Origin: Octopus sinensis
Lineage: Eukaryota
Direction of reading: 5' to 3'
Length of the DNA: 64,000 nt
Assembly (NCBI RefSeq): GCF_006345805.1
Contig: NC_043000.1
Coordinates: forward strand, 125,302,001 to 125,366,000
Position numbers and translations under genes: made by a program. Below are positions 24,561 to 38,800 of the stretch, one piece after another; position 1 is the first letter of the stretch, and each line of letters opens with the position of its first letter. The notes beneath the pieces were generated by a model. The model saw only the letters and a program-made list of their open reading frames with translations, was not told the DNA's origin and did not search any database.

Positions 24561-25039
24561 CAAAAAGGGACTAGGCTTACAAAGAATAAGTCCTGGGATC
24601 AATTTGTTCGACTAAAGGCAGTGCTCCACCATGGCCGCAGTCAAATGACTGAAACAAATAAAAGAATAAAAGATATGTTGCAAGATATTTTTGTCTTCAG
24701 CTCCATTGATTTCTGTTTTTGGACCATTCATGCCCCGACATTGGTGAATGCTAATAACTTGTTACTCCTATAATAATTATGAAATATTGAGATCTTAGTA
24801 ACAATGGAGTGTTTAACGAGAATGTAGGACATGTGGTTATTGTGGGAAATAATTAAGACAATTAATTAAACAATATATTAATTGAAAATATATTTATGAT
24901 ACATATATATATATATATAAAAAAGAACATTATTGGAAAAGATAAATTTATAAGTAAACTAATTATTCAGACAATTACATTGTTACTATAGGATGTAGTT
25001 TGAATTGACTTTTTCCTATGTTTTAGTTCTAAATTATGT

Positions 25040-26630
25040 TTGGCCATTCTGATAATGGAAGTGGTAAGGTTTCTTTCAGGCTGAATCAAAGACAGAAAAA
25101 TATTGAACGCATTAAAGATAGACAAACATTATGTCTTTGCTTGATAATTTTATTTATTCATTTATTTTTTATTTATTTATTTTTATTTATTTATTTATGT
25201 ATTTGTCAAGATAAAATTTTCTTTCCATGTTCATTGTATACAGATGCAACCCTTTTGGGGAAAAAAAGACATGATATCCATAAAGAAAAGAAATTCTAAT
25301 GGCATATTTTATCTCAAATACATAAATATAACTAAAATATTTTCCACAACTCTGAAGCATTTTGATATCCCCAAATATTTATCACATCACAACATCTTTA
25401 AGAACATTCCAACCAAACCTTTTTAATGTGTTTCTTTTTATTCCAGTATATTCTTACCCATAATTATTCTCCTTATAATTTGAGTTTCTATAAAAAAAAA
25501 AGAAGAAAAAAAAACAGAAAAGGAAGGAAGAAAAAGGGAAGAGAGAAACTACTTCGTGTTTTGATTCATTTTCACAAGAAAACTTGTTCTTCTGACATAC
25601 CATTTCCTAATTGATTCACTACTTTGACAAATTCTTCATGAAATCAAACTTGAAGTAAAGAAATGGTGGAAATAGATTCTTTAGAGAAACAAAAAGTTCT
25701 TCTGTTGCATTATTTATGCAGGGTGTTAATGTAACATGAGCTGGCTGGCTCCAGGTATTTTTTTATGGAGTAGGATCTCTTAACTCTACTTCTCAGTCAC
25801 AAACAAAACTACAGTATTTGTAAACCCCACTTGCATTTACAACTAAGTCAAACTGTCACCTTGATGTTTCAGCATAGTTTCCATACATATTTATTACCAC
25901 TGCATGTAAACTTAAAGGAAATATATAAATATATATTACACTTTTCTTTGTGATTGTATAAGATTCTTTCATGTAGATCGACAGTACAAATGGAATTGAT
26001 GGATACAAATTTCTATTGAGATAAAATGCTGTGTGGTTGCTCACTTCTGATTAATCAATGAAAAGATGCTAGTTGCATCAATCAGGAGATTGAAAAATGC
26101 TCCATTAGATCAGGTGTGTTGTTGCAGCAACAAAAATAATGGTTAAAAAGAAAATTCATTTAAATAAATAAAACTTGAGAAATTTAATCTGAAAATTCTT
26201 GTGCACAAAGTGGTTCGGTTCTTTAGTTGAAATACTCCAGCTTGGAAAACCTGTCCCAGAAATTCTGCCTGTTTCTTTGAGAATTTTAGATCATGAACTA
26301 AATTGCTTAAGTCTGTAGGAAATTAAGACTGTTTGTAGAGATAATAGCAAACATTGGTTGTGTATTACTTTTGCCTTTTATTTTTCAAATTCCATCAAAA
26401 ATGTTGATCATGATGGATTTTGTCAGTGAAATAGAGCAATAATAAATACACCATACATGGTTTGTTTAATTCAGGCTAAACAGAATAGAATTCAGATAGG
26501 GAAAATTCCAGGTTTTAATTTATGACAATCAAGACAAAATTTACGTAAATGAACATTTGTGTTACCTATTTGTATTAGTTATACAAATACGTAAGTGAAG
26601 CATTTTTTTACAGCCGGATGTCAGTTCCTG
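25040..26630 (-). mobile_element. Decayed Chapaev3-like DNA transposase
   Basis: Co-linear degenerate motifs on the minus strand across frameshifts: LSNLVHDLKFSKKQAEFLG; *HLFID*SEVS...NRNLYPSIPFVLSIYMKESY; WKLC*NIKV...QVGFT; FPPFLYFKFDFMKN; ASVYNEHGKK. Compare LNDLVRDL.LSK..AELLG, WRLFIDSS..SLKAVLLHNGN.YPSIP, LPPLHIKLGLMKN, AVSDEHGERFHQDI. Boundaries approximate. Confidence 0.7.
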
Positions 26631-28060
26631 TTGATATATATATATATATATACCTTGCCAACACAAACCAACACCAGTCTCTTTAGAATCTGTTTGACCA
26701 TATATGTGCATGTTTGTGTGTGTCTGTGAATGTGTGTGTGCATGTATGTATTGCGCTTGTATGTATGGATGGATGTATGTATCTATGTACATACATGTGT
26801 ATGTGTATGCATGTGTGTGTGTGTGCGTGTGTGTGTGTGTGTGTAAACAACAAGCCTCTCTCTGTCCACCAAATTCTATTATAGCCTTGGTCATCCTAAG
26901 GCTATAACAGAAGAATCACTACACAGTGGGACTGAATCTAAAACAACATGGTTGGGAAGTGCCACTCTTAACCTTACAGCAATATCTGTATTTGTAAAAT
27001 TGTATGACAATAAGTTAGTTAAATAATTTATGTAGCAGATATGTTAAGGAAAATGTACATAGATATTTTCCTGTCCCTATGTTCATCAAATAATTTGTGC
27101 TGTAGAATTAAATGTATGCAAATGACTATGGGTAGAAAAGTGAGTCAGATAAAAATATGTGTGTTTAAACTAGAAGAAATTATACTGTCAAGGCTAGGCC
27201 AAAGCTAACATCTGACTAGTAGTGAGACAGAATGAAATGAAATAGCAAAGTAATAGCTTAAACATAGATGTTGCAAGAATAAAGATCAGAAGTAGAGAGA
27301 TGGACTTGCATGGTGTCAAGCAAAATGCTGAGATAGGGAAAAATATTTTTATCAGCTTAACCCTTTTGTTATAATAATTATGCTAAAATACACTGGCTGT
27401 TTTCCAATTAATTTTGGAAACCATGAAGAATTTAATGAAGTTATTTTGTCATTAATAAGCTGGTGTTGTTTGGCACTCAAATTAAAATCAAGTTTTGATA
27501 GGTTTCAATTTAGATCACTCTAAAACAGGAAATTATATCATAGATCCAGAAGAGGCTCAGGCAGAATGGTATGCAAAGGGATAATAGAGACAAAAAAAAA
27601 GTGACTCAACAGACTATTTGTTTGCTGATTGGGTAAAATTTCTGATTGTATAACATTTTTGACTGGCTAAATCAACACATGTTGCAACAATGAATTTAAG
27701 CCGACCAAAACCTTGTGAGTGGATTTGGTAGACGGAAACTGAAAGAAGCCATTCATATATATGTGTGTGTGTGTGTGCGTTTGTGTGTCTGTGTTTGTCC
27801 TCACAACATCGCTTGACAACCAATGGTGGTGTGTTTATGTACTCACAACTTAGCAGTTCAGCAAAAGGGACCAATAGAATAAGTACTAGATTTACAATGA
27901 ATAAGTCCTGTGGTCGATTTGCATGACTAAAGGCGGTGCACCAGCATGGCCACAGTTAAATGACTGAAGCAACTAAAAGAATTGTATTAATAATTGTTGA
28001 GCACTATACACAATAATTTCATTAATATTATTATTATCGTCGTCGTCGTCATTATCATCA

Positions 28061-28112
<52 letters not shown>

Positions 28113-29456
28113 AATATTTTGTGTATTGTAGAAGTATAACCAATTAATTACACATAAATTTTGTTCTCAAAATCTTATTTAGACCTCCAAGGACCCCAAA
28201 GGAAAACCACTGATGTAATTTAACAAAAATTTAAGATAGATTTATCAAGTAGCAGTTGTGAATTATGATAAACCATACTCCTGTTATTATCAACTGTAAG
28301 CAGAATGTCTATCTGATGTAAGAAATTTTTAAAATCCTAAACATATTTATCCCTGAAGATAATTGAAATTATTATTTGCAAAGAAACATTAATTTAATCA
28401 TTATTTTTATTAATAATATCAAATTTATTATCATTTTTGTAAATAACCCAGGCAATCCTAGGTACCAGTTGTTAGTTTAGAAGAAGCTTTTATAAACACT
28501 GAGCATTTCAAATAAGCTTTTAAAAATCCCAGCATCATTTGTTTGAACTTCATTCGATTATTTTTTTCCTTCCCTTAGAAATGAATTAAGGATTAATTGC
28601 ATCATCCCAAAGATGGTAAAAAAAGAAAAGGGTATCGCTATAGAAAAACACTGCTTGCTTCAAATATTTTACTAAAACAGCAGGCTTCTATTCATGATTA
28701 GAGCCTTTCATAATGTTTTCTGGCCATATTGTTTGATAATTTAATTTCAATCTACTTTTATTTTCCTATAGAAAGTTATTAAATATTGGGAAGCAGTTAT
28801 TAGAATTTTAAAATGGTTGTTAGCTTATTTGCAATATCTATTGTAAATTTAATACATTTTCTACATTAATGATTTATAAATGCTCCTAAAAGTAAATATT
28901 ATTTTTTTTAAAGGTTAATCATATATCACACAGTTCTGTTTCTATCAGTTATGTTACCATCATCATTAAATTTATCATTATAAAATTACATCCATTTTTT
29001 TTTTTAATATTTATTTGTAATTACCCAATATTTCCATAACAACATTATTTTCTTTCTCAGTCTAACAGAATCACTGTATTAGAAATTAGGAAAGTCTTCT
29101 TAAGCAACCTCTGGCAGATATTCTGTTCTTTGAATAATTCTTGCATGTCTATGCACACACACACACACACACATATGAATTCATGAATTTTTGTTAGTAA
29201 AACATGTGAACATCCAGAAATGATGTCACAAGAGATTAGTTTACCTTAATTTGTTTCAATTTATTTTCCCTTCTCTTACAGTATGACTAAATCATCTTAA
29301 AAATAATAGAAACCAGTAGCATATTTTGATAACAATGTAAACATCTTTTTATTGTCAATGATAAAGTTCTACTATAGCTGTATGCTGGCCAAAGCTTTGT
29401 GAGTGGATTTGGTAGACAGAAACTGAAAGAATCATGTTGTGTGTATGTGTGTGTGC

Positions 29457-29487
<31 letters not shown>

Positions 29488-29862
29488 AGGCGCAATGGCC
29501 CAGTGATTAAAGCAGCAGACTCGCAGTCATAGGATCATGGTTTCAATTCCCAGACCAGGCATTGCATGTGTTTATTGAGCGAAAACACCTAAAGCTCCAC
29601 GAGGTCCGGCAGGGGGTGGTGGCAAACCCTGTCATACTCTTTCACCACAACTTCCTCTCACCCCTTTCTGTTTCTGTTGTACCTGTATTTCAAAGGGCCA
29701 GCCTTGTCACACTGTGTCACGCTGAATCTCCCCGAGAACTACGTTAAGGGTACGTGTGTCTGTGGAGTGCTCAGCCACTTGTACGTTAATTTCACAAGCA
29801 GGCTGTTCGGTTGATCGGATCAACTGGAACCCTCGTCGTCATAACCGACAGAGTGCCAGATA

Positions 29863-29918
<56 letters not shown>

Positions 29919-29934
29919 TATATATATATCTATA

Positions 29935-30140
29935 GTTAATCCAAACATGAACAAAGAGAGAACACAACAATGCGAGGACATGGAATAAGTATAGTGTTAT
30001 TGGATGCTCAGGAAAGGAAAGAAAGAAGGAGGATTTCACGTTTCAAGTGGAACTCTTCATCAGAAATATAGAATAAAAGAAAAAGTCCAAAGAAGGGAAG
30101 ACGGAGAAATAAAATTGCCAATGATACACATGCTGTCACA
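29935..30140 (-). mobile_element. Penelope-like terminal-repeat fragment with canonical-core hammerhead motif
   Basis: Aligns with 4748-4950; minus strand CTGATGA-AGAGTTCCACTT-GAAAC; (TA)n on both flanks. Confidence 0.65.
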
Positions 30141-30147
30141 TATATAT

Positions 30148-30182
<35 letters not shown>

Positions 30183-31620
30183 TTAGCAGAATTGGAGAAG
30201 AAATTCCAAGTATAGAAACAAAATCTGGAATCAAAGGACTTTAAAGTTAACCAAGCAAAGACCAAAGTTGTTGTAAGAAAGAAGATAAAGCTCTCTTTCC
30301 ATCAGGTAAATGGTTCTGCTCAATATATAGGAAAGGATTTGAAAGAAATTCCATTCACTGCACCCAGTATAAGATATGGACACATAAGAGGTGCAGTGGA
30401 ATCACAGGTAGATTAACAGATAAAGTCATCTTTATACGTAGCAGATGTACAGGAACAATAAACACTATGAGTACACAGGACTTAGATTCTCTCAAATGCC
30501 CAGGAGGCTCTCTTGAGGTTGTAGATAGTTTCTGTTACCTAGATGACCAAATTAGCAATGATGGAAGATACTCTGAAAGTATTGTTTCTAGAATAAGAAT
30601 TGGGTGGAGAAAATTCAGAGAGCTATTACCTCTGTTGGCAACAAAAGGACTCTCTCTCTCAGAGTGAAAGATAGACTATATGATGCTTGTGTGTGAATGG
30701 TTATACTCCATGGTAGTAAGACAATGGCCCTGAATGTAGAAGACATGTATAGATTGGAGAGAAATGAAGGTAGTATGCTCTGTTGGATGTGCAACATCAG
30801 TGTGCATGTATGACAAAGTGCAAATTTATTGACAGAAAAGTTGGGCATAAGAGGAATCAAATGAAACATGCAAGAGAGAAGACTACGTTGGTTTGGACAT
30901 GTGATGCATATGAATGAGAACAGCTGCATGAAGAAGTACCAATCATTGAAACTGGATGGAACCCGTGAAAGAGGGAAACCCAGGAAGAAGTGGGATGAAG
31001 TGGTAAGGACTGATCTCAGGATGTTGGGCCTCAGAAGAAATGCCAATGGACCAAAATGTCTGATGATATGAAGTTCTTGAGAAGACCTGTCTAAAACTGA
31101 GTTTTAAAAGTGCTGTGTGTTCCACCCACACTTAACAAAAAAACTTCTCACACACTCTGCCACAACAAACCAAATTACATCACTACATCTCTTCTCTTCC
31201 ACACATTTCCTCCTTCATGCACTATGCTTACCTCTCACTCCTCAATCCCATCCTCACGGCCCTGTTTCCTTGTATCATTGCTATCTGGTAACCCCATCCC
31301 CACTCTATATACACAGGTTTCCACCACTCACTGCATATCCCTTCCCCGCTCTCTACTCACACTTCTTTGGCAATGTCCTGCCACGTATATTATGACCTTT
31401 GAACCTCAAGAGTATGCCCTGGCACTTGCCATCATCTTTCTTTCTCTCTCTTCCTTTACTGGCCATCCCATTCATATTCTGATCCCCATCCATTGTGAGC
31501 ATTTCTGGCACTCTGCAACCATCTCTCTCCTGCTATCTCCCACTCTCTCTCTCCTTCTCCTGCACTTCCATCAGGTTGGGTAACCACGTATCTCCTTTGT
31601 GGCAACACACCTGTCTCTGT
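30183..31620 (+). mobile_element. 5'-truncated RTE-clade LINE (RT thumb/C-terminus plus 3' UTR), pseudogenised
   Basis: KVNQAKTKV; Cys/His-rich insert CSI..RNSIHC...WTHKRCSG; LEVVDSFCYL...RIRIGWRKFRELLPLL; RRLRWFGHV...RGKPRKKW. Contains stops and frameshifts. Confidence 0.88.
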
Positions 31621-31644
31621 CTTCATTCCTGATCTCTCTCTCAC

Positions 31645-31677
<33 letters not shown>

Positions 31678-31682
<5 letters not shown>

Positions 31683-32193
31683 TCTATTGGTCTCTTTTGC
31701 TGAACTGCTAAGTTACAGGTACACAAACACATCAACACCAGTTGCCAAGTGGTGATGGAGGAACAAACACAGACATAAAGATACACACACACATGATGGG
31801 CTTCTTTCAGTTTCCATCTATGAAATCCATTTACAAGGCTTTGATCAACCTGAGGTTATAGCAGAAAACACTCAACATGCTGTAGGACTGAACTCTAAAC
31901 CATATGATTGGGAAGCAAGCTTCCAAACCAAACACTAACACAAAGATGTAAACATATAAGCTGTGTGGTAAGAGGCTTGCTTCCCAATCACATGGTTTTG
32001 GGTTCAGTCCTATTGCATGGTACCTTGGTCAAGTGTTTTGTGCGATAACCTCAGGTTGATCAAAGCCTTTTAAGTGGATTTCATAGATGGAAACTGAAAG
32101 AAGCCTATCATATATCTTCTACTATAACCTCGGGCTGACCAAAATGTTGCAAGTGGATTTGGTGGGCGGAAACTAAAAGAAGCCCATCATACA

Positions 32194-32232
<39 letters not shown>

Positions 32233-32452
32233 TTATGTGTGTGCATCTTTATGTGTTTGTTCCCCCATCACCGCTTGGCAAAAGTGTTGATATGTTTGAG
32301 TACCCGTAGCTTAGCAGTTCAGCAAAAGAGACCAATAGATTAAGTTCTCGGCCTTAGAAATGAAAATAAGTCCGGGTAGCCAATTTGCTCAACTAAAACC
32401 CCTCAAGGTAGTGCTCAAGCATGGCCAAAGTGAAATGACTGAAACAAATAAA
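31678..32452. repeat. Head-to-head inverted pair of family B SINEs forming a long palindrome
   Basis: Left arm 31678-31930 (-), right arm 31958-32345 (+) with an extra ~70-bp internal duplication. Confidence 0.8.
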
Positions 32453-32497
32453 GGAATATTTATATATACATACATGATGGCCTTCCACACAGTTTCT

Positions 32498-32712
32498 TAT
32501 TTCTTTATTGCCCACAAGGGGCTAAACATAGAGGGGAGAAACAAGGACAGACAAAGGGATTAAGTTGATTAGAACGACCCCAGTGCGTAACTGGTACTTA
32601 ATTTATTGACCCCGAAAGGATGAAAGGCAAAGTCGACCTCGGCGGAATGTGAACTCAGAACGTAACAGCTAAGCATTTCGCCCGGCGTACTAACGTTTCT
32701 GCCAGTTCGCTG
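32498..32712 (-). mobile_element. Family A SINE with ~18-bp TSD
   Basis: gccttccacacagtt(t/c)ct on both flanks. Confidence 0.88.
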
Positions 32713-33871
32713 CCTTCCACACAGTTCCTATTGACCAAATTCACTCACAAGACTTAGGTTGGCCTAGGACAATGGTAGAAGACATCTCCTCAAGGTGCCA
32801 TGTAATGGAACTGAACCCTAAATTTTGTGATTGCAAAGCATGCTTCTTAATCACATAACCATACCAGCACCTAAAAATAAGAACTATATATGCTGGAGGT
32901 TTGTTGGTAAACTTACATAAGGCCTTATCTTGGTATGAAGCATCCCAATCATTTAATTGAACCATCTAAACCTCTCTCATTACTACCATATCTGCCTAAC
33001 AACTACACACCTTACTCTCTGCTTTTGCACTTTCTTTCTCTCCTCACATACATATACATATTTATATACACACCACAATCACTATCACCGCCAGCGCCGA
33101 CAATGTGACAACAGCAACAACAACAATAGAGAATCGACTTATTCTTTACTATCTTCATCAACTGTCCATTGACTGTTAAAGACACTTTTAGAAACAGAAA
33201 GCAAAACGAAGAATATAAGCTATTCTTTCCCCACCATTAAATGCTACAATAAAGCTGGAAATAGCAAATACTCATGCCACAACTTGAAGGGGGTTAATAT
33301 TGGAAAAAAAATACCCCCACACGCACAAAAAAAAAAAATAGTAAATAAAAAAATACATCATCTAGTAATTCATGGGACCTATGCAAGATAGCATAATTAT
33401 TTGTCATTATTTTTACAGAACAATGGATACAAAAGCAATAAAAAACTGGAAAAAAATAATATAATATAATGAAAATATTGATTTCTTGTGTTGTAAAGTC
33501 TGCAAATTTCTTAGAGTGGGTTATAATTAACGAAATTAACCCCAATATGTAACTGGTATGTATTTTAAGAAACACAAGGAAAATAAAGTTAAGTCTGACT
33601 GTGGAAAGATTTTAAATCAGTTTGGACTGGATTGGGTTGCCTATGTTCAGTCAACCACAGGATGAAGGCCTCAGCTTGTTCTCTCCGCTAGCAGTCTGAT
33701 ATGGAGGTCATGAATCTAAGCTTGAGATCATGCTGGTTTGACGACCCTACTCTGCCACACTTAATCAAAATGGCCTGGCAGAGAGGTGCAGTTCTTATAC
33801 TCTTACCCAGGAGTAGTTAAGGCGATCACATCAACCCTGATGTTCAACTGGTACTTATTCTATTGACCCCA

Positions 33872-34100
33872 GCGGCGAGCTGGCAGAAACGTTAGCTCGC
33901 CAGGCGAAATGCTTAGCAGTATTTCATCTGCCACTACATTCTGAGTTCATATTCCACCAAGGTCGACTTTACCTTTCATCCTTTCGGGGTCAATTAAATA
34001 AGTACCAGTTACGCACTGGGGTCGATGTAATTAACTTAATCCGTTTGTCTGTCCTTGTTTGTCCCCTCTGTGTGTAGCCCCTTGTGGGCAGTAAAGAAAT
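33872..34100 (+). mobile_element. Family A SINE with 23-bp TSD inserted into an antisense family A copy
   Basis: tggtacttattctattgacccca at 33849-33871 and 34101-34123. Confidence 0.9.
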
Positions 34101-34889
34101 TGGTACTTATTCTATTGACCCCAAGAAGATGAAAGGCAAAGTCAGCCTCAATGGAATTTGAACACAAAACATAAGGTCGGATGAAATATTGCTAACACTT
34201 CACATAGCACGGTAACAATTCTACCACCTCGCAGAAAATTAAGGTTATAAAAAAAAAATCTCAGATAATTAAGCTATGTACATTAGCATTTTTATTCCAG
34301 TGCTTTAGTATTGTGATATCCTCATCATCACCATCATTATCATTTTCAGGTCTACTTTTCTATGATTGCATGGGTTGGATGAAGTTAAATGAGACAGATT
34401 TTTCTACAGTTGGATGTTCTGCCTGTTGCCAATCCTCATCTGTTCCCAAGCAAAGTCATACTTCCTCATGAGCAAATATGTTTGCACAGAATGATGGAAA
34501 TGTATGTTACTGGTTATATGATGGTGATACCCGTTTACAACTATCATGCGATGTCTAAAGAAGGAGACACAAGCATATATTCACACATATGCATGCGCAC
34601 ACAAACATACAAGCACACACATGCACATATGTATGTATGTATGTATGGATGTATGTATGTATGCATGAATGTATATATGTATACATGTATGTATAGGCGC
34701 AGGAGTGGCTGTGTGGTAAGTAGCTTGCTTACCAACCACATGGTTCCGGGTTCATTCCCACTGTGTGGTACCTTGGGCAAGTGTCTTCTACTATAGCCTC
34801 GGGCTGACCAAAGCCTTGTGAGTGGATTTGGTAGACGGAAACTGAAAGAAGCCCGTCATATATATGTGTATATATATAATATATATATA

Positions 34890-34954
<65 letters not shown>

Positions 34955-35849
34955 ATATGTTTGTTTGTCTGTGTTTGTCCCACCAACATCCAATGGTGGT
35001 GTGTTTACGTCCCTGTAACTTAGCGGTTTGGCAAAAGAGACTGCTAGAATAATACTAGGTTTCCAAAGAATAAGTCCTGGAGTCGATTTGCTCGACTAAA
35101 GGCGGGCTCTTGCATGGCCGCAGTCAAATGACTGAAACAAGTAAAAACTATATATGTATGATTAACTTGTTTCAACTTCCATCTATCAAATCCACTCACA
35201 TGGTATTGGCCAGCCTAGGGCTATTGTAGAAGACACTTGTCCAAGGTGCCATGTAGTGGGACTGAACCTGAAACCATGATTTTGGTTTCACACAGCTATG
35301 GGTAAGTGATGTGATCAGAAAAAAACTCTAAACACTGAAATGAATCCCAATTGTGAACATAAAATTCAATAACTTCTTTGTTCCTGCTTCTCATTCATGA
35401 CTTTCTCAAAACATGGAACTTTCTAGCTAATTGTAATCCACAGGCATGTCTGTAGACTCGGGAAATTCCCAGACTTTTGTCTCCATTGACAAAAGAAAAC
35501 TGAATTCCAATTCACACTAGTCAGTACTTCATTGTGGTGCAACAGTGACAATGGTTGGTTTGGTAACTATGGTAGTGGACTGCTAATCCTATGGAAAGAC
35601 TGTCTGGCTGAAGCAAGCACATAATCTATTCAATTGAGGTTGGTAGCTAGTTAAACTAAAGAGGTATTAAATAAATGACCGGCCTGCTTAGCCAACTGGG
35701 TGGCTTCATTTGAAAGTTACAACAGTGCGAGAAAATTTGCCTCAGTAACCTGCAGGCCAGTTGGACTGCTCCATTATGGTGGAGCAAAATCTGAGCAACC
35801 AGAAGCTGCTTAGGATCTCAGGTACTCATTGGCTGCCTAGGAATTGGAC

Positions 35850-38800
35850 AACAATCCTTGCCATGTGTACCTACAACTTTAGGCCTTTGGTAAAGAGAAC
35901 TGAAATGCCCCAGCTAATGGAGGGAAAATGAAGATAGAATGTGATTTACTAGGGCTTTATAAAACATGTCAAAGGAAATAAATAAATGTGAGATGGCAAA
36001 AGCAGAAAGTGTAAGAGCAATAGGTGGTTCAGGGTTCATTGTATGCAAAAAAATGGGCTTCAAGAATCATTTCCTGACAATTGTCTTCTCCACAGTGCTA
36101 AACAGTTGTCTTTAAGGAAATGCCAACCCGAAGATCATCAAAACCTATATGCCCACAAATGCTAGTGAAGACAAGGTAGTGGAAGAATCCTATGAAGAGC
36201 TAGAGAAAGCATTAGCTCACAAAACCACTTAAACAATAGGGATGGGAGATTTCAAGACAAACATTGGAAAATGAAGGCTGGCAGAGAAATATGTTGGAAA
36301 GTTTGAATCAGGAGAGAGAAATGAAAGAAGAAAACGTTTGATTACCATGGCAGAGGCAAGAAAACTTTACTATAGAAACAGCCTATTCAGGAAGGAATCT
36401 AGGAGATGAACCTAGATTAACCCAACCACTCAGTGTGAAAATGAAATTGACTACATCCTCGTCAACAAATGGTGCATATGACAGAACATCTTGGTGGTAA
36501 CATCATTCAACACTGGCAGCAATAACTGCTTGCTTCTGGCAAAGACAGCAACCAATAAAACCAGAGGGAAGACTGCACATCTCAATGAAGAATCAATGCA
36601 TCAAAGTTTTTAATGTGGCAGGGTTATAGGATGCTATCAAGAGGGTGAGTCAACTTGAAAAGGTTGATGAAAACTGGTCCAGAAATTAAAGGCTGAATGT
36701 GGAAGGGGAGAACTGCCAGCCAGCAGGGGCTTGATGGAAGAATCGCAGAGGAGATGAAGAAAATGGTAAAGAAACAGAAAAATATGAAAGATCACCTCAA
36801 GCATGCCATTTTCTACAAAGTGATCAGATAATATCTAGAAAAAAGGTAGCGAGCTGGCAGAAATGGTATTAGTGGTATTTTGTTTGCCGCTACATTCTGA
36901 GTTCAAATTCCGCCGAGGCCGAATTTACCTTTCATCCTTTCAGGGTCGATAAAATAAGTACCAGTTACGCACTGGGGTCGATGTAACTGACTTAATCCCT
37001 TTGTCTGTCCTTGCTTGTCCCCTCTATGTTTAGCCCCTTGTGGGCAGTAAAGAAATAAGATAACATCTAGAAAATGAATTCAAGAATCATGGTCTGAAAA
37101 AGTTGATGCAAGCTGCAGAGGAATGGAAAAGTCTAAAATGATGCAAGAGAGAGCTGGCATTTTTATAGGTGATGGGGCAGAAGAACAATGACAGACAAAG
37201 GGGAGATAGAAGAGCCATTAAAGCCTACACCAAGCTTTGGAAAATTCTCTTTTTCTGCTTCAGTCACTATCTGAAGGAGGGTAAAATTCTTAATCTGGAA
37301 AGAATTGAATGCCACTTTTCTTCATAAGACAGTTGATAAAGAAAACTGAAGAAACTATTGAACAATATACCTGTTGTCTCACCTTTATAACTGGCATTCA
37401 GTCAGTTATGACAATTAGAGTTCCAGTTGATCTGATGGACAGAACAGCCTTATGAAATTAATGTGCTGGTGGTTGAGTATTCCACAGACATGCATATCCT
37501 TAACATAGCTCCCTGGGACAGTCAGTGTGATACAGAATGTGACAAGGCTGGACCATTGAATTACGGGTACAACTCAGTAATGTGAAATATAGTGTCTTGC
37601 TCAAGGACACAACACTGCTGGGAATTGAACCCATGACCTTATGATCATAAGCTAAATGTCCCTAACCACTAAGCTACATGCCTTCATTCTTACCTCTATA
37701 AGCTATTTGCAAAGGTCATACTCACCAGATGATCAAAACATCACAAGGATCAGCAGCCAAGGAAGCCAGTAAGTTTCCATATAACCTACTGTGTGATAGA
37801 TTACATATTCCCTTTAAGAATACAAGAATACACATTCCCTTTAATATAGAATGAGCAAAAAAATACAAGAATATACATTCCCTTTAATATAGAATGAGCA
37901 AAAAAATACAAGAATATACATTCCCTTTAATATAGAATGAGCAAAAGCATACAAGAATATACATTCCCTTTAATATAGAATGAGCAAAATAATACAAGAA
38001 TACACATTCCCTTTAATATAGAATGAGCAAAAGAATACAAGAATACACATTCTCACTTTAATATAGAATGAGCAAAAGAATACAAGCATTCTCTGTGCAT
38101 TGCTTTCATTAACGATAATATTGAGATTAATGCATTGCTGAAATTTCTGGAAATGCAAGGTGTTGAGGTGCAATTCACCAAACTGCTCAGGGATGTGAAC
38201 TCTGGATGCACCACTGATAAGGCTCTGCTATTACCACCAGTAAGAGGGAAGTGCACTAAACAGGGAGTTAGTATCTCTCCAAAGGTTTCCACCACATACC
38301 TTAAAAAATAGTCATCAGAAACATTGACTGGACAGGTGACGGGAACAGATGGCATTGTACTCATCAATTAAACCATAGATCAGCTGTAGACCAAGCTGAT
38401 AGAGCTGGACACCCATAGTTCAGCTGCAGGCCTTAAAAAAAAACCACTTGAAAACAAATTACATGTGGTCTAAAAAGATAGCAAAAGACCAAATAGAGTG
38501 GAATGTGATGAAATCAATGAGGTAAAGGCATATGTCTACTTAGGGAATGCGGCAAATATATATTGAGACATGGATGGTGAAAATCTTGAAGAAAATAAGA
38601 GCAAAATGGGGAGTGTTTACCTCAGTAAAGGATGTGTTTAAATCAAAGTTGGACAAGACCAAATGTGCCAGACTCTTCAATAGCACCGTCCTACCTGCAT
38701 GCTTATATGTAAGTGAGATGAAGAGGGAAGAACATTGATTAGTTGTGATGCAAAAAGCCATGGAAAGATCCATGTCAAGAATATCCCCGAGAGGGCACAT

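Noticed and set aside
24020-24773. CMYV/HTYI repeat ORFs
   Set aside because: (TATG)n microsatellite.
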